DNA of 64,000 nucleotides from Vicugna vicugna (taxonomy: Eukaryota): positions 62,001 through 126,000 of the forward strand of contig MU057941.1 of assembly GCA_013265495.1 (NCBI GenBank), written 5' to 3'. The notes below the pieces were generated by a model. The model had not been told where the DNA came from, did no database searches, and saw only the letters and a list, made by a program, of their open reading frames with translations. Of the stretch, positions 1-13,767 are shown piece by piece; the stretch's first letter is position 1; the number at the start of each line of letters is the position of its first letter. The position numbers and the translations under genes are program-made.

Positions 1-829
1 TTAAATAAAACACAGAGATTCCACTTCCCAGGACAGGTCAGATGTCAAATATCACCTCTCCCTGTCAAATATGCAGATGCTCTTGGACTTGGCAGACCTG
101 TGTCCTGTTGACTGAGGGGTGGCCCTGCCCCACCCTGCCTGCAGGCTTGCATTCAGGAATGTTTTGACTACGCACACTCTTCAAAGGAAACAAGGGAAAT
201 GTGCTCTTTCACAATTTCAGTTTTCGAGAGAGGCAAGTGGATGAAGTCCTTGACCTGAGGACTGCAGACTATTTTAAGAAAGGGGAGAGGAAGGATCCAA
301 AGTATCAAAGGGTTTAGCACAGCTTAAACCAGAGAGATCATAAAATACTTGTGGAGGATTTGCCACTAAGATGGAATTTAGCTGACTGCATGATACAAGA
401 TGCTCAAGATAGTAATGAAAGAAGGGAAGACGGCAGCCTGTCTAACCACTCCAGGAGAAAGAGGCACACTGCAGAGGTTTGCGCCTGAGTTGTGTTAGGA
501 GCCTGGGTCAAGAGGAGGCATGAGGCTTTGGGCCTGATCCAGTTTAGGTACTAACGGTCCCACTCTGAAAAAAAAAATGGGAGGACCAGAAAGGAAATGA
601 TGGTTAAAGCAAGAGTTAAAAGTCATAAGACAAGATATTCAAGAAGTCACCATGGCCTGGGCAGCAGAGAAAGTCATGTACATCTTACCGAGCCATGGAG
701 TGTAGAGGCAAGCAGCCTCCCTGCCTCCGGGAGGTCATCATGAGCTGTCAATCATAATGAGCCTAAATTACCAAGAAAAGGTAAAGTACTGTTAACTCTG
801 CTCTGTTTAAGAAGATAGAAACAAAAAAA

Positions 830-1056
830 AAAACTACATATTGAATGATTCCATTCGTGTGAAATGTCCAGAATAGGCAAATCCATGGAGACAGAAATAG
901 ATTAGCAGGAGTGACTGCTTAATGGGTTTGGAGTTTCTTTTGGAGTGTGGACATGTCCTAGACTTAGACCGTGGTGATGTTTCAGGACTCTGTGAACTTT
1001 TCATGCGTGAATGTTACGGTATGTGAAATATACCTCAATAACGTTGTTTTTAAAAA
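830..1056 (+). mobile_element. Old L1 (L1MB-like) 3' end fragment
   Basis: Typical L1M 3'UTR text: atgattccattc...tgaaatgtccagaataggcaaatccatggagacagaaa...tatacctcaata. Confidence 0.7.
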
Positions 1057-1745
1057 GAGGATAGGCAGGTATATAATACAACTTACAAATATTCTGTTAG
1101 TCTTCACTGCAAACTTCAACAACAGAAAGGAATTAGAATCACTCACCTGGAGAATTCACAGTGTGGGAAATTTCACCCTCAGGCAACGCTGTGTTTCTAC
1201 ATAACCAACAGAGCTGAGTTCAGTAAAGAGATTGGGGAAAGAAAGTAAAAAATGGGCCTCGTGTAAGAGAACTATGGACACTAAGAGAAGGGACTCAGAA
1301 GATCACATGGTCGTTCAGATACAATCTCTCACTTAACGGATGAAGAAGCAGTCTAACACAGCACAGAAGGGTAAAAGTAATGTCTCTCCCTACCCAGCTC
1401 AGCAGTGCTCTTCCCTGAGCTAATCACTGTTTCAGTTTCCTGTGTATCCTGTAAATGTTCTATCCATGTACAAGTATACACACACACAGAGGCACACACA
1501 TGCACAACCCCTATGGTGCAATCACACTATGAGTGCAGGAAGAAAACTAAATTAATTTTAAGGAAGAGCTTTGTTAACATAATAGCAAGTCCTCAAAGTT
1601 CCTCTACCATTTTTATATGATGGAAGCACTTGCTTTTACTTCAGCTCACTTAAAAACAGGGGGCCACAAGCGGTGGAGCCTGAAATCCAGGGCTGGCAGC
1701 CTCCTGGCACGTGACTCTGAGGGACACCAGCACAGCTCATCAAAC

Positions 1746-2359
1746 TGAAACCAAGCAGGACCCTGCAGGGCCTTCCCAGGGGCAGACTCTCCTGGGCCAC
1801 CACCCCTTCCTTGTTTGTGGAAAAGCATTAGCCCCCTAGGCCTTCCCTGAGTTCCAAGGAGCAAATTTAATCAAAGTGAGAAAATGCAGAAACCAAGGAA
1901 AGCAGTCAAGCAAGACAAAATAATAGTTTAGCCTCAAAACAGACTCAAGGACCTTTAGCTCCTCCTTAAGAGCTGTAGATACTATCCTGAGCCACACCCC
2001 TGAGCTGTTCTGCAGATTCTAAAACCCCCACCAGGCAGAAGAAGTTGACTGCAAGCTGATGACCAGCACACAGACCCCAGCTGGGCCGGAACCAGAAGGC
2101 TGATGACTGAGGTGCCTGACACATCCTGTTACCTCATTACCAACCAGTCAGAGAAGCGCGCACCCTGTAACCCCCACCCGGATGCAGCTTTCAAACCCCT
2201 CCCCGAAAGCCAGCGGGGAGCTTGGGCCTTCAGAGCACGAGCTGCCCGGCCTCCTCGCTCGGCAGCCCCGCACTCAGCCTCACCACAGCCCAGTGTCAGT
2301 AGGTCGACTTGGCTGTGCATCCAGGCGGGTGGACCCAGGTTCGCCCAAGGTCAGTAACA
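1746..2359 (+). mobile_element. ERV solo LTR (copy A)
   Basis: TG...CA termini (tgaaaccaagcagga ... cagtaaca); clearly homologous along its length to 40034-40669. Confidence 0.8.
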
Positions 2360-2860
2360 GAATCAGTGGCAAACAAAGACGTGGACACATTCTCATAGTT
2401 CAGTTTGGACCCACACAGCATGGTCCACACTTTTCTCTAGACAAACGCCAGCACCTGTGCGACACAAAGACATCTCTGTTCTCCTGGTCTTAGGTTTATC
2501 TGGAAGCTCCCAAGTGACACTACTGGGGGTGGGAGAGGGCGGTGGCCTGCAGGGGAACTGCGGCTGACACACATGGATGGAAGTTCACGTTTGTGTGAGA
2601 AAAATGACGGTTTCGCATGACTCACAGGAAAGGTGGCTGACCCTGTGCACTGAGGCTCAGCGGGGCTGTGTGATCAGGAAAACCACAGCAGCATGGTGAC
2701 TGGCAAGGTCTGCAGGGAAAGGGTAACACGAGCATAGAGCCTGGCGTAAGGAATGGCCTACGGTCACGCGGCCCGGCTCTGCCAGAGCAAGAGTCCACCT
2801 GTGGCCCACCTCAACTTGGGTCCTGGTAACCATACCAGTAGCAGAGAAGGCTCACGGAGA

Positions 2861-2885
2861 AGACAGACAGACAGACAGACAGACA
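2861..2885. repeat. (AGAC)n microsatellite
   Basis: agacagacagacagacagacagaca. Confidence 0.9.
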
Positions 2886-4221
2886 AAGGGAACAGTGTGT
2901 AACCAGGGTTCAGGTAGTGTGGCCCTTCCACCCCGCTTACATCTCATTCTAAGTATGTTAACCTAACTCATCTAGCTCCCTGTACGTCTCATCATGCACT
3001 GAAATGAGTGAATTTAATAAGTCACGCAATATGAGCATGTTGGAAAGAGAACAGATTGGCCTACGATCAACTATAACCTGAAATGTTGGTCTAGCAGGTA
3101 ACACGCAGCTTAGCACAGTGACAAGGCTATTGCCTTGAAATATGGTACCAAAGAGAGGAACACAGTCCAGGCTGCGAAGTCCCCTTGAAGACGCTTCACC
3201 CTCCAAAGTATTTTTAGTCACGGTAACCGTAGAAGGTGGACAGAGCTCTGTGGTCCTCAAAATAAGATGGCTCTCGAAACGTAAGGTCAGCAGATGCCAT
3301 CTCCAAAAGTCAAGTCTGCAAGAAGGATGGGATTAGCTGTCTCCAGGACAGCCTTCCAGAAGTAACCCATCTTGCAGAGTGACTTGGAGTGACCTTACTG
3401 AGGAGATTAAAGTGCCTGTCCCAAGTATGTCGTGAGCAAACAGCCTAACTCAATGTAAAACAATCCAACGCTCAGGAGACCGTGTGTTGTGGTAACGAGT
3501 GTAAACGGCGGGGTGGTGGTCTGCACGGATGTTTGAAAAGGGAAACTGGAAAATGAAAATCCATCAGCCTGTCACCAGGAGGTCCAACAGGCACGCTGGC
3601 TGCATGACTGATCCTGCCCCTTCACGTAAGAATAGCCTTAAAGAAACGGAGGCCAGATCACTGGACCATCAGAACCTGATAGAAATAGCAAATAAGGTCC
3701 AACTTCGGTTCTATGCTCACCAAGTCACCTTCTGACCCCATTCACCAGGAAGAGACCACATGGGACAAAGACTGGCTCTACTTGAATCCAGAGGAAATCC
3801 CTTGAGAAATTAATAAACTGGAATTCTAGTACAGAAGTCAGTCTCTTGCGAGTCTGGTTACTCATCCCTGACCACTTGATTAATCCTAGCTGCCCTGGTA
3901 AAGTCATGTTCCCAAACTTCAATTTATTATTCTTTCATCCAACATTTATTGACCACCTCCTCCACACCAAGCACTGTCGCAGCGACTGGTGAAACCCAGA
4001 AAAGGACAAGGTCCCTGCCCTCGGGGACTGCTGGACGAGTGCTGGCCCAGCCTGGACAGTGGCTAAAAGTGACACTTGTTATGGCTGAGCCTGAGCCTGA
4101 GGGGACAATGGACTTCCTCTGCTGTTACTGAATCAGTACTTACTTTGCATTTATTTTCTATCCATGAGATCAGAAAATCAATGCATCTTAGATCTTGGTG
4201 GAACCTCAGACGTCATCGTAT

Positions 4222-4470
4222 CTAGTGGTTCTCAACTTCGTCTGCACACAATCACCTGGAGAAATTTTTAACAACCCTGATGCTAGAAATGTTAATTGAG
4301 TTGGTCTGGAGATACCAGGTATTAGTGTTTTAAAAATTTGCCCCCCTCCCCCTAAAATTTGCCCAGATGATTCAAAGGTAAAATCAGGGCTACCAATCAC
4401 TGGTCTAGTCCAACCCCCATATTTTCCAGGTGGGTAAACTGAGAGTCAAGGAACTGAAGGGACAGGCCCA
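4222..4470. mobile_element. MER5-like hAT MITE followed by a MIR fragment
   Basis: tagtggttctcaac...aatcacctggag...ccagatgattc, then cccatattttccaggtgggtaaactgag (MIR core). Confidence 0.6.
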
Positions 4471-5519
4471 AATCAACACTCCCATAACTGTGATGCTCAT
4501 GGAAGTTCAGTGACTTACAGAACTTACGCCAGACTATACTTTGGCTCAACTAACATCCCCTCAATCTAGTTTCCTGCTCATGGTCTTCACAATATTTGCC
4601 ACAGACACACACACCTTTATATACTTAGTATTTTTCTTTAAAACAAATATTTTTTAAAAAACTTAAATGCTTATTTTAGCCCGGTCCTCAGCAATAAAAT
4701 CTGTGAAATATACCTGGAAATTAATAACTATTCAAATGCAACCGATTAAGCCACAGGCCACCTTAGTCCACGTGGCATGTCACATCCAGCGTGTGTGGCA
4801 CACTTTGGGCCACACAGGGCTGAGGTCTGGCAGCACTGGGAAGCCTTGGGAAGGGTCTGGAACAGCTGCCGTACACCCCCACAGCGGGTGCCTGTGGGGC
4901 TGGAGAAACTTCAGCTGAGCACAGGTACAGGCAGCAGCTGATCCTCACGGGATCCTCGTGGGATCAGACTGGGAGGACGGATTCACGACGGGGCGGGAGT
5001 GAGGCAGGAAGTGGGCAATGGCAGGGCCTTTATCCTACCTCTTGTGGAGGGGGGCACATTAAGAAAAGGACGCTGCCTATTCACCCCCTGGAATCTGTTG
5101 CTGTAAACACAGTGAAACCGATGGAGAAGGAGGGAAATACCACTACGGGGTGCTCATCAAGCGACAGCACAGGGCCCCCCTCAGTCTGGCTCATAGAGAC
5201 TCAGCACTGCTAGTGCGTCATTCTACTCACCAAACTTACGTTCTCTCCTGAATAAACTCACTGATCTCGATGTTCATCATCAGGGCTCTGATTCCCAGTT
5301 TTCAAACTTGGGAGAAACGTGGTGAATGGAAGTGGAGAACCCAGCCTCCGCTAAAACGAGGTGACCCAGGATCACTACTGAAACCAAGCTTCCTGAAGAA
5401 GACCTAAGACTGTGCACGTTTCTGTCTCTCCTGAACTTTGAAAGGTGTGTCAGTGACCCAGTGGGTCCACGGCTAAGACAATCCTGATTCAAGTGCCCAG
5501 GAAGACATGGGTGAGGATG

Positions 5520-6030
5520 TTCAGTGCAGCAGTGAGAAAAATCAGAAACGCCTTGAATCCACGAGGGAATGGATAAATAAAATGCAGCAAAGCCATACAC
5601 TGCGATGGCTACACAGCAATGAAAGTGAATGACCCAGAGCTACACGTATCAACTTGGATAAATCTAAAAAAAAAAAATTGATGAAAGAATAGCAAAAAGT
5701 AATTATGTATACAGCACCAAAATATTTTAGTTTAGTTTTAAAATATAAAATAATCGTGCATATTGTTTATGGATACACACCCAAAATAAAGGTATAGAAC
5801 ACTGGACAGGAAGATACACACCAACTTCAGGGAGATAGCTGCTGCTGAGATGAAGGCAGGTGATAAATAACTTTAGTATTTATTATCATTATTATTATTA
5901 CTATTATTTTTTAAGGATCTGAAGCAAATATGGAAAAATAATATTTGCTCAATCTAAATGGTGGGTCATGGATAGCTGTCAAATTATTTTCCAGACTCTT
6001 CTGTCACCTTGAAATTTCATAGTTGAAAAA
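5520..6030 (+). mobile_element. Old L1 (L1ME-like) fragment
   Basis: gaatggataaataaaatg...cagcaatgaaagtgaatgac-type L1 ORF2 end/3'UTR text. Confidence 0.6.
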
Positions 6031-7761
6031 AAATAATTTAAGCTATTGAAGCTCTGAATTAAACGCACATATGTGAATTCATATGGTGGAAACATCCGCT
6101 TGTGATAGAAAAGCCTACATGGTCCACACTGAGGGACGAATGTGAAACTCAGCTTTTGTCACCCCCAAAACCGGCAGAAAGGGTTTGCTAAAGAGTTAAG
6201 AAAATGCCATTTAATTAACAAAATTTTATACCGTTAAAAATAGTGAATTAAAAGTTCTGCACTTAATGAAAGTCTTTTTTAAAAAAATTCTTGGCAAAAA
6301 TAAAAAGAAATTTCTTGAGTTTACATTAAAAAAAGACAAAAGCAGTGTACTATATGCTTGTTTTAACAAGTCAAACAATATTGGGACAGTTTAAAAAGTT
6401 AAGGCCCTTCTTTGGTTCCATTTCCACCTCCGTCTTACAAGTTAACCAAGTTTAAAAATTTGATTTATTACCCCTTTCCCCATTAAATTTTAAAAAACTA
6501 TTTTGTGAAGGTTTTCAAACCAATTCAATTTTTATGATTGAAAGTAACTTATTTTTATCATTGCCAACGCAATCCATTATTCATTGTAGAAAGACACAGA
6601 AAATGCAAAAGAGTGAAAACAAGATAAAATAAAAACATTTAAATGGGTGTGCATTTTAAATCACTGTTTGAAAAAACTCAACACATATTTAAATCTTGAA
6701 TCACAGGTTCAGGACAAACTCCACTTGCCAGCTCAAAGATGGCTGGCTCTGTTTACAACAGTCGTTTGCCAGGAGAGGACCTGAACGACCCTGGGGCACA
6801 TGGTCAGAACCATCCCCACTTCAGGGGTAATTTGGGTTGTAAGTCATCGATCCCACCTGAGGTTCAAGGTAGGGTGCCACCCTTGTCCCCCAGAGCCCTC
6901 AGGGGGTGTGGTCAGAGACTGGACGCTTGGCTCTCTCCCTCCAGGCTGCCCAGCCCTTCCTGCTTCCCTCGTTCCTCGCTGCCCCCGCCCTCTTGTCACT
7001 GCCGTTCTTTCTCCTCTGTCCTCCTCTCCACCAGCTCCCTTGCCCCACTCCTTCCCTTCCTCCAACTGGCCAAGTGTCCATGCCACTCACCTCAGGGGTA
7101 ACTAGAGCCCTTCAGCTGTTTGGGTCCCTGTTTGGAAGGATACCTCAGCGTTGCCTGGGGCTCCGGGGGCAGCCAACTTCTCACAAGGTTTCATCTGTCG
7201 GAGCAAGAGGCTGACAGATTTCCTTACAAGAACTTGGCAAGAGCCATTAAAATGGCTACCTTAGGTGCCGGGAAAAAAAGTCTCTGCACAATTGCCCCAG
7301 TCTGTTTCTGAGCCTTCTACTGTGAAATAAAACTTACCCCTCTCACAGTTCGGGGTCTCAGCATGGAGCCCTGGAGGACGTGCAGGAAAAAAACTCCAAG
7401 GAAAAGATTTCAAGGCAGAATTTTCTCTCCAGGAAGAGGAAGGCCCAGAGACAGAGTGGGATGGTGGAAACAGATTTAGAAAACAGAAGAAGAATGTGGG
7501 CAAGAACTATTCCCTCTGCTTGTGAAGAGCTTCAGAGACGGGCGGTGGGACTTCCCGGGGGGAGTGATGGTCCTTTCTCTTCTCTCCCTTTCCTTCCTTC
7601 CACCATGTCTTTCTTTCTTTTCTACCTCTACTCCATCTGAAATGCTCTTCTCCAAAACAGGTTATTTAGAAACAGGTTAGCATCACCAGCCTGGACCCAC
7701 ATTATTTGAACAGGCTTTCCTGGGACAATTTCCAGTGTAAAAAGCCAACAGCTCCTGCAGA

Positions 7762-7985
7762 AGCCATAGCACCAAGAGTGACTCCTAAAGTAAACTACGG
7801 AATCTGGGGGATAATGATGTATCAGTGTAGGTTCAGCGACTGTCACAAATGTACCCTGAGGTGGGGGCTGTTGATAATGGGGGTGGCTGTGTGTACGAAG
7901 CATATGAGTATCTCTGTACTTTCTGTTCAATTTGCTGTGAACGTAAAACTGCTCAAAAAAAAAATAAAGCCTATTAAAAAATTTT
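7762..7985 (+). mobile_element. L1MC-like 3' end
   Basis: cctaaagtaaactacggaatctggggataatgatgtatcagtgtaggttca...ctgtactttctgttcaatttgctgtgaac, followed by an A-rich tail. Confidence 0.7.
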
Positions 7986-10499
7986 TAAGGTTAACAATCA
8001 CTCCCAGGAGGCAGAAATGCACCCCGTACCTACTTGTAAAATACAGCTGTTAAACAAAGACAAAAAGGAAAAGAAATAAGGACTTTCAAGACAGTCCCCA
8101 GCGTCTAACATCAGCAGACACCAAGTCACTGTGTGGGGGGACGAGGAGCCTTGGAGGGAGGACATGCTCCCTTGCTTGGTGCCAGGAACCTTTGGCATTA
8201 TCATTTTACATGGGGAGAGACAAGAATGTCTCATAATCCCAGGCTTGGGCTCCCCTCCTTGATCCCCACAGAGAAAGAAATCTGAGGACAGAATGAGCCT
8301 TCTGGGTGTCCTCCCGACACTGCAAATCTGGCCAAGAGGCAGGGCCGAAGCTGTAAGTCCCACGGGGGCTGTTCTCAGAAGCCAAGTGGTGGGGTCACCT
8401 GACTTCGGTCGATCTACCCGGCCTGGGGCTTCTGTACTGACCCACCAAGGAAACGTTATTATCAATCATACGTTGCTCCTCAGATACTCGTGTTAACCTT
8501 GTGTTATTATGAACGCGACAAGCTGTGCGAGCCAACACCTGCTGGCCGCATCGGGCACGTGCTCTTGTTCCTTACGTCCCGAGTTAAGGAGCTGCTACTC
8601 TTACCCCTACCTTACAAACAATGAAACTGAGGTTTAGGGAGAGGGAATCATTTTCTGAAAGCACAGTTACAGTGCTTTTTTACAGCCCGAAACACAGTGA
8701 GTTTTGGAGCCAAGAAAAAAAAGAAGCTCAAGTCTGTTACACACCAAAGCCCATGATCTCACCTCCAAATCCTTCTCTCAGGGTCTCAGTAATGTTATGG
8801 GTAAGAATGAGTGGGAGAGTCACTCGGGTTTTGTTAGTGACTGCATCTGTTTCACAGTGTCCAGAGCTTAGACTAACTGAAGACCCTCTGTCTTTCGCCT
8901 CTGTGCGTCTCTCCAGGTTCTCGGCGCTCTCTCTCCCTGCTGCGCCCCACACAGACTGAAACTTTCCACATCTCCCTGTGGGAGATGCTGCTCAGGCAGG
9001 GCCATCCCATCCTGGCCCCTCTTCCCACCATCGGTTATGCATTAATATACACATAATACAAAACTCCAACCACGACACCGGGTCAGCGTTGGACCTGGAA
9101 TGTCAAGTTGAATGGCGGAAACAACTTGGGCGTGTGTGGAGAAATCCTCAGCCCAGGTTATCTGTTGTGGGGCAAAAATAAAACTTAGCCGTGAGTTTAG
9201 CTTGGCTCACGCATTGCAGGACAGGCTGCCTGCATTTGGCTGTCCGCTTGTGCTGGGGTCCAGGCCGCCGCTGGCAGCGGTAACAGCAGCAGAATGTCTG
9301 CAAATGGGAGTGGGCTAAGATTCTTCCTGGGAAATAGCACTTCGAAAGCACCCACATTTTGCTGTTTAGAAAACATCTGACCCCTCCGTAGGGTGAACTG
9401 GCGTCACTGGAGGAAGAGCATCAAAGTGCGTCACCCACTTCCCTGTTTGGACAAGTGGCCATTGTTTCTCCTATGTGACAGCCCTACGGAGCAGTGCTGA
9501 AAAGCTCAGCACTGAGAGAAGAAATTACCCCTAGCCGTTTCAGAGGTGTGTAGAGCAGTTTATGCTTCTTACATGCACACTGAAAGCCGACACAGGCCTA
9601 CAGTTTTCACTGTTGTTGTTCATGGTGGGGAGGCATTACAGAGGCTCATTATTTTAACAGAACTTTTGATTACATTCTTTATTAGCCTCAAGCTCTTGAA
9701 AACTGATCTCACTACATTATTGCTTCTATGAATGGACAGTCTCCTCAATATGCTAAAAATGCCACTCCACTCTGGATTGCCCTGAATGACTGGCGCACAG
9801 GCTTCTCCACGAGGGAATGAAAGAGAAGGGCCAGGCAGGAGCCCTGCAATTACTACAACAATAAACTCAGCAGCATGGAAGGTGAAAGAGAGTCCTGCTA
9901 ACATGATGGAATGCTTTATCCACATTCCAAAAGCTTAAAAGAGGTGCCAGCTTTGGAATCCTACAGTAGCGTGTGCAGGGACCAGGCACAGTGCTTTCCC
10001 GCTGCTGCTGGGAGAACTTAATATACAGTGACTCCTGGCTGCCCACCTGCTGAGCTGCTCTGTAGGAATTGCCTGAATTCACCGAGCAGCTTCCAAAAGT
10101 TCCAAACATCTGGTATATGAGATCTCACTCACGTGTACCGTGTTCCTCCAAAGAGGAAGTAAATGCCCTGTTCTCAGTTCACTGAACGCACAGCAACACT
10201 AAACCACAGAGACAGAGGTCTGAAGGGACCGGCTCAGCACGGACTAACATTTTCGGAAGTGAAGGAGTTCTTGCGTCCATTCTGGCTTTGATGCAAAAGT
10301 GCCATCAGACCAGAGATAAGTCATCCAGTTACTCAGTGAGGGCCCACCCATTCTTCATCAGTTTGAGGGTCTGCCAATGGCAGGACTAGGCATGGGGAGC
10401 TAGACAGGCATGGGATCTACCTTCATGGAGTCTAGCAGCTGATGTGCTGGGTGCTGCAGGGGCATAGTCTTCTTACAAAAATCCTTTTCTACAAGGAAA

Positions 10500-10870
10500 C
10501 CTATGATAACCATACACTAAGCTCCTTCCTGTCTCAAGGCCTCTGCACCCACTGCTCCTGCTCCCCAATGCTCTTTCTCTGATTTCTGCATGGCTGGTAC
10601 CTCCAATCATGCAGATTTCAACTCAAATGCTTTCTCCTCACAGAAACCCTCCCTAAGCATCTTGTCTAACGTCACCCCTCTCTCCTCCTCGGACACTTTA
10701 GCACATTACCTTGCTTCATTTTCTTCACTCTTTGAAAGAACTGCATTTATCTGTGTACTTGTTAATTCTGTTTCACACAAATGAATATAAGCTCTCTGGG
10801 AAGAGAATCTTTTCTGTATCCCCACAACCTAAAGAGCATCTGTGGGCAGTAAGTGCTCAACCCACATTTA
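10500..10870 (+). mobile_element. L2 3' fragment
   Basis: ggcctctgcacc...ctcaaatgc...cctcacagaaaccctcc...cagtaagtgctcaa, typical of an L2 3' end. Confidence 0.6.
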
Positions 10871-13413
10871 CCAAACGGCAGCTACAATACAACATTCTGG
10901 AGAGAAGTCCCTTGTGAGTGGAGGAAGTTTTGTAAAGACTCAAAGAAGAATGAGAATGGTCATCTGGGTTCATCTGCAAATGCTGTCTGAAAAACTCAGA
11001 TTGGGATCTGGATCATGGTGAGGAAAGAAAAGACAGATGTGTCTGGGGCCGTATGAGGGACGGTCAGAGGGCACAAGCGAAGACTGAGGCAGGAAGGGAT
11101 TTTTTTTAAGAGTCATTGAACCCAAGAGTTCGTGGAAGCAAGCAGTGAGCAAAAAAAGACAGGTCAGACCAGCACGAGGAGAAGCTTCAATGCCAGCTGC
11201 AGACAATACTCTCCAAAAGGAGAAAGGACTCAAGAATATTCAGCTGTACCCCTACTGAATAAAGCATGTAGTTTGCTAGCATTGTTGCTGTTTTCAAGAA
11301 ATGAGCGCCTACATTTCTTAGAAAATTGTATACAGTCTTTAGACCTCTCATTTCCTACATAAATGCAAGTGAATCCATGGGAACCTAAAGAAAGGATGAA
11401 TAAACGCACCCGCAGCTGCTTCTCCAGGCTCTCCCGGACCTCCAAGTGCACCGGGCACTGGGGCACAGGGTGGGCACAGGCAGAGGGTTCCAAGTGCTTC
11501 CCCAGAGGACCTGCGTGGACAGCACTCATGGCAAAGGCATGCACAGCACTCTTAGGACCACCACAGAGACCATAAATTTATTGGCAGCTCCTGAACTTAA
11601 CAAGAAGTAGGTTACCAAGGAGCTTACTCTGATGAGAATGGACTGCCATTTAACACAGTTTAAAGGACGCTAAAAAAGGGGGGCCTATAAAAACCCTCAT
11701 TCTGCAACCATTTTGGAATAGTAGGAGGAAAACTGATTAAAGTTTTAAGAGTGAGAAAATACCCTTTTCTTGACCCTTTCTTCTTTAAAAACATAAAAGC
11801 AAAAAAAAAAAATCTATTTTTATCGCCAAGTGGGAACACTGTAAAAGGGTCTCTGTGCATGTGCAGGGAGAATGACACTGCAGAACTTAAAAAAGAACCT
11901 GATGGAATCTCAGAGCCAACGCACAGCCCTGGAAGCTTCCTTGACACAGACCAGCTTCTGTTTGCAGCTCAGCAAGCCATATGCTATATTCGCTCACTCC
12001 TCAAGGATCATCCGCTCCTTTCTGAGTATTAAGATGTCAGCGAAAATCTACCTTCTGGGGAAATTTAATCTGCCGAAGGAGAGCTGCTGACTCTTATAAA
12101 AATAGCTGTCAGGCAGTATGACTCCTCCAGGACACCCAGGACACGTACGACCAAGAGGGGTCATGGAGCCCAGAGCAGAAAAGCAAAGTAGGATCCTCAA
12201 AGATCATGCAGGCGAGACACTCAGCCTGAGATCCAGAAGGCCTGTGGGTGGGCTTCAAGGCATCTAGAAAGTCCCTGAAATTACACAAAAACCTGTGCAC
12301 CTTTGTGGAATTTTGGGGGGTGAGGGGGAACTTTCATCAAATTCTCATAAGTCACAATCCAGAAATGATTAAGAACTATTGAGTTAGTATATTATTCCCA
12401 TAGACATTTTTTCACTCTCAAAAATTGTTTTTCATTGGTCAAGAAATACGTGCATACATAAATCTCATAAGAAATTTAAAAATTATAGCTCAGTTGGAAG
12501 TCTCTTTCACACTTCTCTTCCAGAGCTGTTCCCCTTACTTTTGGCCCCCACTGTTCTACTTTACTATACATTTTCATAATTAGGCACTCACAGAGAAAAT
12601 TTAAAGCATTTAGGTGTGTTCTTCCTAACTTAAATGGTACCGTATTTTACATATATTTCTCCCACATGCCTTTGCGTTCCACAATGTTCTGGGGTGAGTT
12701 CAGCTCTACATGTGTACATGTGGAGAGGCTTCATCCTTTTCACCTGCTGCGTAGTATTCCACAGTAGCTGCGCTCAGAGGAACTTAGACATTCCTCTAGC
12801 AGTGAACATTTAGGTTGTTTCCAGTTTTTCCCATTGCCGACAACAGCACTATGAATGTGTCTGTCTATGCCCTGATTCAAGTGTTTCTCTAGAAGAGAGG
12901 TTGAGAAGAGGGACTTGTCAATCCACACAAGAAGCCTGGGAAGGAGTGGGAGTGGGATCTCAAAGGGAGAGCAGCTGGACCAGTTTGGGCAGATGGCAGG
13001 CCAGGGGCAAAAGCAGCAGGCAGGTAAATGAACCTGGAAGAACTGGACAGGCGTGGGGTGGAGCAAGGGGATGAGAAGGCTGATCTTCGTGATCTAACTA
13101 ACGTCCGTGAGGAAAGCCTGCGCTGCTGGAAAATGACAGAGGAGTCAGCACTTGAGTGAACTCGACGGGCCATGGTAGCTCTGTTTTAGGAAGGACAAAG
13201 TCCCCAGAGGCTGTTTTTGGGGCTATTATCAGCCATCCCTGCAGCTCTGTCAGAGAGGGGATGTTTGGATTGGATGTAGAATCTTAGAGGACTGTAGAGT
13301 AATGACTGGATTGAATTCTAATCCAAAATCATGCTCATTCTGCAACATTCCCTGATGGGAGGGCTTTGCTTAAAAACAGCGGGGAAGGAGTTAGCTTTCT
13401 GACTCTGTCTCCC

Positions 13414-13767
13414 TGTAAAGACTGAATGTTTGTACCGCCTCCAAAATTCTTATGTTGAAACGTAATCCGCAACGTGATGGTATTTGGAGGAAGAGCCTTT
13501 GGGAGGTGAGTAGGTCATGAGGGTGAAACCCTCATGAATGGGATTAGTGCCCAAATAGAAGAAACCCCAGGGAGCTTTCTCACCCCTCCTGCCATGTGAG
13601 GCCACAGTGAGAGGTCTGCTGCCTATGAACCAGGAAGCCGGTTCACACCACACACTGAATCTGCTGATGCTTTGATCTTGGACTTCCCAGCCTCCAGAAC
13701 TATGAAAAATAAATTTCTGCTATTTATAAGCTACCTGTCTGGTATTTTGTTACCTGAACTGACGAAG
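13414..13767 (+). mobile_element. MaLR solo LTR (MLT1A-like)
   Basis: tgtaaagactgaatgtttgt...atggtatttggagg...gaatgggattagtgccc...ttggacttcccagcctccagaactatgaaaaataaatttctg. Confidence 0.85.
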
